From assembly GCA_963701735.1 (NCBI GenBank), contig CAVPBI010000001.1, positions 7,729 to 71,728 of the forward strand: DNA of 64,000 bases, given 5' to 3'. Positions within the stretch are counted from its first letter, which is position 1, and each line of letters starts with the position of its first letter. This DNA is from an uncultured Ignavibacteria bacterium. Its GTDB lineage: Bacteria; Bacteroidota; Ignavibacteria; UBA10030; UBA6906. This document shows positions 31,742 through 40,278 of this stretch, piece by piece. Made by a program: the position numbers and the translations under genes. Under the pieces are notes generated by a model. That model was not told the DNA's origin and did not search any database. It worked only from the letters and a program-made list of their open reading frames with translations.

Positions 31742-32520
31742 AGCGTTCGGCGCCCCCTTTTTTTAGGGGTCTGGAGGATCCGCTTGAGCTCTCGGCTTGT
31801 TGCGTGTGCCTTGAGGAGCTTGAGGTACTCATTGATCAGGCGGACGGAGAAGCCAGTGGAAATGCGGATTTGGTGGACGGAGAAGCCCTTCTTGTGGAGT
31901 AAGGCGACACGGGCGAAGTCCTGGATGTAGCGTTTGATGGCGGTCTCGGAATGCTTTGTGCGCCGCTCGATCTCGGAGAACTGGTAGCCGGAGAGATAGA
32001 GCTCAAGGATCTGAGTCTTGTGGGTCTGTCCGCGACCCATCTCGTGACGCCAGCCTCGCGAGGGGAGGATGATCCCCTTTTTGCGCATCGAGCTCATGTC
32101 GCGCTTGATGGTGACGACACTGCACGTGAGGATGAAGGCAATATCCTCATAGGACAGGACGCCGCCTTGATCGATGGCTTCGTTGGTGATGCGGACGATC
32201 TTGTGCTGCCTGAGACCATGGAGCCCGGACTTGTTGTAGACCGGGAGGTCTTCCTCAGGGTTGTGCAGCGTTAGCTTGACGGAGACCTTCTTGCAGAGAG
32301 CAATAGGCTTGCCAGCGGGCTCGTTCTCGTCGACGGCCAGATACTGACACTGACCCGAGCCGAGCTGAACCTCGGCATGCTGGAGGAAGTAGTCGCTGAT
32401 CTGAGAGAAGTACGCTTCAGCCAGGATCGGGGTGAGGTTGAAATCTCTGGCGATGCTCGAGATGATCGACTGCCGAACAGACTTCGACTGAAGTCGAGCG
32501 GTGAGCGGTTGATCCAACAT
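31738..32520 (-). CDS. DUF1670-like HTH protein (element ORF A)
   Basis: EAIDQGGVLSYEDIA, TIKRD, LPSRG..MGRGQTHK, HSETAIKRY; RBS ggagg. Confidence 0.85.
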   Translation of the reverse strand: MLDQPLTARLQSKSVRQSIISSIARDFNLTPILAEAYFSQISDYFLQHAEVQLGSGQCQYLAVDENEPAGKPIALCKKVSVKLTLHNPEEDLPVYNKSGLHGLRQHKIVRITNEAIDQGGVLSYEDIAFILTCSVVTIKRDMSSMRKKGIILPSRGWRHEMGRGQTHKTQILELYLSGYQFSEIERRTKHSETAIKRYIQDFARVALLHKKGFSVHQIRISTGFSVRLINEYLKLLKAHATSRELKRILQTPKKRGRRTL

Positions 32521-32600
32521 ATGATACCTCCGGCAAAGAGATAGTGAAAGTAACCACTTTTTGCCTAGGTATCAGGTGATACTAACCTAAAGTAGGACCG

Positions 32601-32741
32601 ATGGAGGCGGCGAAAGGGGGTAAGGATTTCGGAGTGACGGACTTCTTTCTCTGTCCTGTGTGCGGCTATATCGAGTTCCTGAAAGCACCTGACAAATGCC
32701 CGGTGTGCGGCATCCCGGGCACCAAATTTACGAAGGGCTGA
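32601..32741 (+). pseudogene. 5'-truncated rubrerythrin remnant (C-terminal rubredoxin-like domain only)
   Basis: MEAAKGGKDFGVTDFFLCPVCGYIEFLKAPDKCPVCGIPGTKFTKG*: two CxxCG motifs; di-iron domain missing; too short for the ORF track. Confidence 0.8.
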
Positions 32742-32856
32742 CGTTCGGGTCTTCGCTGGCACTGGAAGCCACACGCTCCGGGCTTTGATCCCGGGCGAGG
32801 AGAGTTGTCTTCTGCACGCCGCGGGTCGGCTGCGGCCCCAATACGACCGGGTCATC

Positions 32857-33438
32857 ATGAACTTACCGAACAAACCGTCACGCGAATCACGTGTTTGCCC
32901 ATGGTGGGTCATTCACACCTTCGACAATCCCGTCCGTCGGCTATTCCAGAATCCGGACAAGCTCCTTCAGGGGCTCATCCAACCCGGTGACACGTGTCTT
33001 GATGTGGGATGTGGGTACGGATACTTCACAATCCCCATGGCCAGGCTTGCAGGTTCCTCCGGAGCGGTAGTCGCTGCCGACCTCCAGCCAGAGATGCTTG
33101 CCGGAGTGAAGCGGCGTGCAGAGAGTTCCGGGATGTTGGCGCGAATTCGACTCCACCAGGTAGATTCTACCGGCCTTCAATTCCAGAAGACCTTCCATTT
33201 TGTCCTGGCGTTTTGGATGGTACACGAGGTACCCGACCAGGAGGAACTGTTGAGGCAGATTCGATTGTCACTTACGCCCGCAGGTCGTTTCCTGATGGTG
33301 GAGCCGATAGGACATGTCTCGCGAGCAGCATTCACTCGAACAGTCGGCGTCGCGCTACAGGCAGGGTTCACGCGAGTTGCTGAACCGCGCATTTCGTTCA
33401 GCCGGGCCGTACTCCTGACCACCGGAGGGATTGCGTAA
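32857..33438 (+). CDS. Class I SAM-dependent methyltransferase
   Basis: LDVGCGYGYF motif I, ADLQPEML, FWMVHEVPD. Confidence 0.88.
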   Translation: MNLPNKPSRESRVCPWWVIHTFDNPVRRLFQNPDKLLQGLIQPGDTCLDVGCGYGYFTIPMARLAGSSGAVVAADLQPEMLAGVKRRAESSGMLARIRLHQVDSTGLQFQKTFHFVLAFWMVHEVPDQEELLRQIRLSLTPAGRFLMVEPIGHVSRAAFTRTVGVALQAGFTRVAEPRISFSRAVLLTTGGIA

Positions 33439-33594
33439 GCACCGACTTCTGACAGGATCACGCTTTGGCTGCTGTCAGTGGTGCGGTACAAGGGTTTTCT
33501 GGCGAAGCTTGACTCTTGCTATTGGGCACCAATATGGTCTCCATAGTGCAGCATGGTTGCGCAGCTCCCGGGTCTGTTAGATAGAGATAATGTG

Positions 33595-33777
33595 ATGGCA
33601 CCACCGGAGTACATAAAGATCCTAAAGCTCGACAAGCTCGCCATGAAGTCGAAGACAAAGCTGGAGTTCCTCGAAGCCGCAAAATCACGCCTGCAATATG
33701 CAAAAAACCTTGGGGTGGAGGAGAGCTTCGAGTTCTTTGTCGAGCAAGCCTGGCTGATCTTCGGCACCGGTAAGTGA
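33595..33777 (+). CDS. Small hypothetical protein (about 60 aa, helical, Lys/Glu-rich)
   Basis: Protein-like composition (MAPPEYIKILKLDKLAM...) in an otherwise empty interval; start uncertain. Confidence 0.5.
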   Translation: MAPPEYIKILKLDKLAMKSKTKLEFLEAAKSRLQYAKNLGVEESFEFFVEQAWLIFGTGK

Positions 33778-34136
33778 TCAACAGGCAGGAAACTGACTGG
33801 TCTCCATTTCCCCCCTTGTTTGTCCCGCCTTTCACGCCTCGCCGGATCATTTCTTCTATGTAATTGATGGTGCGACAGTCCAGCCCCCGTTCACTTCACA
33901 GTGGTTCTCCTGCAACCGGTGAGCTGAGGCACCGGTCCTTCCGCTTGAGATGGCTCCTTGCGCACATGGGTGAAGAAATTGCACAGATGGGTGATAGTCC
34001 GCGTACTGGAGTCCCCTCATATTGCCTGAAAGGGCCGAATTCTGTAGATCGGTCCGTTCCTTCGTTCTGGCAGCAGATTTGCAACAGTCTGACGCTGTCA
34101 TCCATCCGGATGATCATCACCATCAGCGAGGGCCAC

Positions 34137-35654
34137 ATGCGTCTCTGGACCATAGTTCTGTTCCTCCTGGTAGCCTCCGTGGCTTCCGGGCAGGTAGGCG
34201 TCATCAGCACAAATCCGGCTCACAACTCGACCAGCGTTCCCCTTGAGGCAACGATCAGCGTGACATTCAGCGGAGAAGTCGATACGACCCTTTCATTCGC
34301 CCAGGGTGAAAACTACTTCACCAACGTTACCACGCTCCTGGGCCAATGGTGGAGCGCCGACCGCCGGACGATTTCCTTCTCGGTCGTCCTCGAGCCTTCG
34401 ACCGTCTATTTTCTCCTGATCCACAGCGCGAAACCGGTTGCCGGCGGCGGGTTCCCCGTTCCGTACTGTTTCTACTGGACCACAGCGGCAACGTTTCCGA
34501 CGGATCTCCACTCTGTGAGCGGAACGATCTTCAGCGGAGGCAGCCCGGTGACACCCGATAATGCGATTGTCGGACTGGGAGCAACCCCGTTTTCCGGCAG
34601 CGACCCTGCCTTTGTCGGGGTGGCAGTGACCAATGCCCTGGGACAGTTCACCATCCCGTACGTTGCTGACGGGACGTGGTATCCCATTGCCGCGAAAGAC
34701 GCCGACCTGAATGGCATGATCGACCCGGGTGCGGGCGACCCGCTTGCTTTCGGCGACAGTGTGACGGTGAGCGGAGCTGACGTCACCGGATTCAACATGC
34801 AGTTCTTCACATATGAGCCGGTCCGCTTCGCCGCGGCACGCGATTCCATTTCTGCAAAGGCATCGGACCTCCTTCCTCCAAACCATGAACTCCGCCAGTT
34901 CTACGGATGGCAGGTTGATTCCACCGGCGCCGCAAAGGAGTTCGACGGGATCTACACTGTCCCTGGAAGCGAGTTCCTCACTGAGATATGGATAGAGGCG
35001 TTCGGGATGCAGTACGACACTATGCCAATCTGGAACTATGGGGCCAACTATTCACGTCCCTACACAGGCCTCGCCTCCGCAGCCCTGCTGGATTCGGTCG
35101 TTGCGCGCGCGGAACGGATGGGGGGCAAGGAGTTTCGCAGGCAGGCTCCTCCGGTTGCCGGCAGCTACTTCAACGCCTATGCCCGACTAGGCGCGCTCCA
35201 CAATTCGGAATTTCGATGGATGGTGTCAGATACGAGCCAGGACTACTGGGGACTCCAGTACACATTCCAGGTCCAGGCCACGATGGATAGCAGCTACTCC
35301 GTGGCGTGGAAGATGTTCCTGGCAAGCGCCACGACGGGGGAGATCATCAATGTGACCGGTGTTGAGGAGGAAGGTCCAGCTGCGCTCCCCACATCGTATG
35401 CGCTTGCGCAGAACTTCCCGAACCCGTTCAATCCCGCAACGACGATCCGGTACGCGCTGCCGGAAGCGGCAGTGGTGAGGCTGGTGGTTTTCAACTCCGT
35501 GGGTCAGCGCGTGGCAGATCTGGTGGATGAGGCACAACCGGCAGGGCACCATGAGGTGCGGTTCGACGGATCGACGCTCTCCTCAGGAGTGTACTTCTAC
35601 AGGCTGCAAGCGGCCGATTTTGTGCAGACAAAGAGGCTCATGCTTTTGAAGTAG
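34137..35654 (+). CDS. Secreted protein with N-terminal Ig-like (Big_5) domain and T9SS CTD
   Basis: Signal peptide MRLWTIVLFLL; VISTNPAHNSTSVP..ISVTFS; CTD without the palindromic insert. Confidence 0.8.
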   Translation: MRLWTIVLFLLVASVASGQVGVISTNPAHNSTSVPLEATISVTFSGEVDTTLSFAQGENYFTNVTTLLGQWWSADRRTISFSVVLEPSTVYFLLIHSAKPVAGGGFPVPYCFYWTTAATFPTDLHSVSGTIFSGGSPVTPDNAIVGLGATPFSGSDPAFVGVAVTNALGQFTIPYVADGTWYPIAAKDADLNGMIDPGAGDPLAFGDSVTVSGADVTGFNMQFFTYEPVRFAAARDSISAKASDLLPPNHELRQFYGWQVDSTGAAKEFDGIYTVPGSEFLTEIWIEAFGMQYDTMPIWNYGANYSRPYTGLASAALLDSVVARAERMGGKEFRRQAPPVAGSYFNAYARLGALHNSEFRWMVSDTSQDYWGLQYTFQVQATMDSSYSVAWKMFLASATTGEIINVTGVEEEGPAALPTSYALAQNFPNPFNPATTIRYALPEAAVVRLVVFNSVGQRVADLVDEAQPAGHHEVRFDGSTLSSGVYFYRLQAADFVQTKRLMLLK

Positions 35655-35669
35655 TGTCAGGTGATACCA
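35652..35669. repeat. Solo (empty) copy of the element-end palindrome
   Basis: TAGTGTCA-GG-TGATACCA overlapping the stop codon; 18/20 identical to the site rebuilt by removing the 30882-32584 element. Confidence 0.75.
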
Positions 35670-35701
35670 ACTGATGAAGACCCCTGACGGGGCGATCTCA
35701 G

Positions 35702-35732
35702 GCCCGGGCAGCGATGTCCGGGCTTTTTTTTT
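35702..35732 (+). terminator. Rho-independent terminator
   Basis: gcccgggca-gcga-tgtccgggc followed by T9. Confidence 0.85.
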
Positions 35733-35790
35733 GCTGGGGTAGCCTGTCCGGCCAGCACAATCGGAGCCGAAGGAGCAGGAGGGCCGGGCG

Positions 35791-35819
35791 TTGATTGTTC
35801 CTGCGTATCGCGGTATCTT
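35791..35819 (+). promoter_or_regulatory. sigma70-type promoter for tpl
   Basis: TTGATT-N17-TATCTT. Confidence 0.5.
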
Positions 35820-35844
35820 GTCGTATTCCTTTCTGACATAGTGA

Positions 35845-37278
<1,434 letters not shown>

Positions 37279-37301
37279 GGAGTGGAGTTGCCCGGTGTGT
37301 T

Positions 37302-37325
37302 GAGGGGGGCCGAAAGGCCCCCTTC
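37302..37325 (+). terminator. Terminator-like hairpin after tpl
   Basis: gaggggggcc-gaaa-ggcccccttc; weak U-tract. Confidence 0.6.
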
Positions 37326-37735
37326 GCGTTTCCGGACTCTCCTGCTTCTGGTCTCCCTACGGTGTATACTCCCGGCACATTCATTGATGCCCGATGGCGT
37401 TCCCCGCCTGAGGGCCCGTCGTCCCGATGCCTCGGGATGGCGTGGCCTCGTCCATCACGCCGCAGGCGTGACGAGACGGGCCGCCGCTCTGGACCATGTT
37501 CCAGTGACCTCGTCGTAGAGTCCATTCGACAACCTCTTCCGGCCGCAGCCCTCGGCCCGAAATACCCGTGAAGTGACACATGAGCTCACTGACTTGATGT
37601 AGGAGTCAGCGAGCCGCCGAGCGTTCCTGTACCATCGTCCTGCGTGGAGGCCCGCCGGCGAACCCTGCGGCGCCGCGGCAAACGGAATCGGTGGGCGGAC
37701 GATGGCCTGTGAACGAGACGTGGTAGCAACCGATG

Positions 37736-38503
37736 TCACACGTAGAGGTTGGTGGGGTCTGCCTTCGCCAGGTCGACGAGAAAACCGCTGATCGTGACGG
37801 TGACGGCCTCCAGGAAGCGCTTCCCCTTTTCGGCGGTGGCGGCGGCAGGATTTCCCACACCCGTATCGTCGGTCGTCTTTGTCCACGACCGCGGCGCCCA
37901 GACCCACTTTTCCCGGAGCCCTTTCAGCGTGAAGGACCTTGCCCTTCCCGACCCCGCTTCGCTCAAAGGGAGGACAAGATCCGGTCTGAGGGCGAGCATG
38001 ATGCTCGTTTCCATCTCCCCCGCGTGATCGTCCTGATGTTCGAAGAACTCCTTTTGTGGAAGGATCTGCCACCAGTTGATCGTGCAAATGAACATGTCGG
38101 GCTCTGTGCCTTGAAGCTCGCGGATCATCTGCTTGAAATCGTTTCCACCGTGGCTGTTCAGCATGACGAGCTTGCGAACGCCGTGGCCAAGAAGAGATGT
38201 GACAACGTCCCCGAGGACAGCGGCCTGCGTGCTCGGGTTCATGTTGATTGTCAGAGGGATGTCACGTTGGCCCGTGTTGACGCCGAATGGGATCGTTGGA
38301 AGAACAGCCACCCGTGCGCCGGCTTGCCATGCCAGCCTTGCCGACTCCGCCGCGATGTATTCGGACTCGAAGTTATCGGTGCCGAACGGGAGATGATAGT
38401 TGTGAGCTTCAGTGGCTCCCCAGGGGAGGACCGCAAGGTCGTAACGCATTTCACGAACCACTTTCCACGGCGTGGTCGACAGAACGTATGGCTGAGGGGG
38501 CAT
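37736..38503 (-). CDS. Creatininase-family amidohydrolase
   Basis: GATEAHNYHLPFGTD, NSHGGN, DHAGEMETS; RBS aaggag. Confidence 0.9.
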   Translation of the reverse strand: MPPQPYVLSTTPWKVVREMRYDLAVLPWGATEAHNYHLPFGTDNFESEYIAAESARLAWQAGARVAVLPTIPFGVNTGQRDIPLTINMNPSTQAAVLGDVVTSLLGHGVRKLVMLNSHGGNDFKQMIRELQGTEPDMFICTINWWQILPQKEFFEHQDDHAGEMETSIMLALRPDLVLPLSEAGSGRARSFTLKGLREKWVWAPRSWTKTTDDTGVGNPAAATAEKGKRFLEAVTVTISGFLVDLAKADPTNLYV

Positions 38504-38725
38504 ATCTCTCCTTGTGCGGGGCGATCAGGCATGCGAGATGCGACACGACAAGATAGAAAAATCTCAAACGACCTGAAACGGCCTTGATGGCAATCGGTCC
38601 GGTAATCCCAGCATTCCCCCTAAGGCGATGTCGGCCAGGGGGAAGTCAATATCACGGTAGCCTCAGCAGCGCAGGCCGTGACTTGACTTTACAGTTGGAT
38701 TCCATAGATTTGCTACCGGGTGACC

Positions 38726-39073
38726 ATGCAAGCAAAGACCAAGAGACGATCTCTTATCCTGATAACGGCCGCCTATCTTCTCGCCTCGCAGGCAACGGTC
38801 GTCTGTATTGTGTCTGAGTGGTACTCCACGCGTGGGGAACACGCCGTTGCATGGCAGAGCGGGCCCGCCAGAGAGCACGCGGTCCTGTCCTGGACGCCGC
38901 GGACACATCTACCGCTGAGCGAACAGGTTAACCTGTCACCGGCAGAGGCCCCCACTCTAGCATCGTACCCGTCAGAAAAACTGTCTCACATCATTCGGCG
39001 TGATCAGCCACCCCTCCCTCAATCCGAATCGTATTTCGCTCCTCTCAGCAACAAAGCCCCTCCGACCGCCTAG
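38726..39073 (+). CDS. Hypothetical exported/membrane protein ending in NKAPP (DUF2946/RAPP-like layout)
   Basis: N-terminal basic and hydrophobic segment, Pro-rich linker, C-terminal LSNKAPPTA*. Confidence 0.55.
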   Translation: MQAKTKRRSLILITAAYLLASQATVVCIVSEWYSTRGEHAVAWQSGPAREHAVLSWTPRTHLPLSEQVNLSPAEAPTLASYPSEKLSHIIRRDQPPLPQSESYFAPLSNKAPPTA

Positions 39074-39210
39074 TTCTTCACAGCGAGATAGCCAACCTGA
39101 GAGGGCAAATCTGAAGGGTTGGGCTCCGTTTTGCAGTGCGCAATATCCATTGCGCGCCCTGCCATCTTCCTGAACCGTGGACGAGTTGCAGTCATAGAGA
39201 GGATAATGCC

Positions 39211-39348
39211 GTGAAAACCCAATCAGATGTTCGTGACAAGCAGCAAGGAACTAAGCCAGAAGAGGTAGCCTGGCAGTTCTATGTTGTCATAGCCGTCATC
39301 GGCCTCGGCATTTTAGGTCTTGTGGCCAAGGCGTTGGGGCTTTTCTAG
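39211..39348 (+). CDS. Small (45 aa) tail-anchored membrane protein
   Basis: agagga RBS, GTG start, single C-terminal TM (WQFYVVIAVIGLGILGLVAKALGLF). Confidence 0.6.
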   Translation: MKTQSDVRDKQQGTKPEEVAWQFYVVIAVIGLGILGLVAKALGLF

Positions 39349-39716
39349 ACGGAACACATTGCGGGCTGTCCGTTTCACTGTGTACACACAGGGCTCGGGA
39401 TTTCTCCCGGGCCCTTCCTGTGATAGTCCTTCTCAACTCTCGGGATATCCCGACTCGGTGCTATCGGGGGAACCTGTGCCAGCGCCCACCAGCCGTAAGG
39501 GATACCGGAATCACCGATATCCCGGCGCAGCGTTGCTGTGCCCGGAACAGGACCGACGATGGTGCGAACATGTGACGGTCTCACAACCGGGTGATGCTGT
39601 GCAGGGAATCTTGCGCAGGGAATCTTGGCGAATCGCTTGCTTTTTAGCCCGGGCGAAGCGACATTGCGCCGTTGGGTGTTGCAGCAGCTGTTCTTTCCAC
39701 CGAACGAGAGAGGCTT

Positions 39717-40241
39717 ATGAACTGCAGGGCCGTCGGCGACACACCAGGGAGGTTGGCCGGCCTTGCGCTTGCGGCCGGACTCGTTCTCGCGGCACTGCAC
39801 CCCTCCTGCACCCCGTCAAGGAGTGATTCTGTGTCGTCCCGCGACTCTATCTCTACACCTGCTCTTCCTTCCCCAGTCCAGGACCTGATCCCCCCGAACA
39901 CCTGCCGGGCCCGGGCAACAATCATCGCTATCGATACGTCTTTCACACACGGGTCACCGACCGACCCCTGTTCGAAGTTCCATTGCAGGGGGACGGTGCG
40001 AATCGATGCAGTGCAGGGATACGGCTCGTCGTTTGTTCCCCCTTTGAGCGTGGGTGAAACGGTGCCGATGACCTTTGTGTATACCCTTGCCCCCACCAGA
40101 AACGTGTATCCGGAGATGAAGCCGGAACTGCCTGGTTTGTCTCTCGGTTCCTCCTTCGTGGCTGATATCGAGGCAGGGGAGATGGGTATTGGCGGCGCGC
40201 CTGTGGTGTTCACAGTCAGGACTTACACGCTCAGCAAATAA
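39717..40241 (+). CDS. Hypothetical lipoprotein-like protein
   Basis: gagagg RBS; hydrophobic leader followed by Cys; beta-rich domain with Cys pairs. Confidence 0.6.
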   Translation: MNCRAVGDTPGRLAGLALAAGLVLAALHPSCTPSRSDSVSSRDSISTPALPSPVQDLIPPNTCRARATIIAIDTSFTHGSPTDPCSKFHCRGTVRIDAVQGYGSSFVPPLSVGETVPMTFVYTLAPTRNVYPEMKPELPGLSLGSSFVADIEAGEMGIGGAPVVFTVRTYTLSK

Positions 40242-40278
40242 CATCACCAACAATTCCACAACCTGTGGGGAGAAGCGC

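Larger units (their letters stand above)
30882..32584. mobile_element. Putative IS-like element with two DUF1670-like genes and palindromic 17-bp terminal inverted repeats
   Basis: TAGTATCACCTGATACC (30882-30898) is the exact reverse complement of GGTATCAGGTGATACTA (32568-32584); encloses only two paralogous genes oriented against the flanking genes. Confidence 0.85.

Noticed and set aside
30882-32584. IS630/Tc1-mariner assignment from the TA-flanked inverted repeats
   Set aside because: Neither ORF shows a DDE catalytic domain; the TA is equally explained as part of the palindromic site
33966-33994. ATGGGTGA direct repeat with 21-bp period
   Set aside because: Only 8 bp, no match to a consensus I know and no cognate regulator nearby
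30594-35654. Similar CTD pair as a DGR template/variable repeat
   Set aside because: Differences are mostly synonymous third-position changes rather than adenine-specific; both copies are coding; no RT in the window
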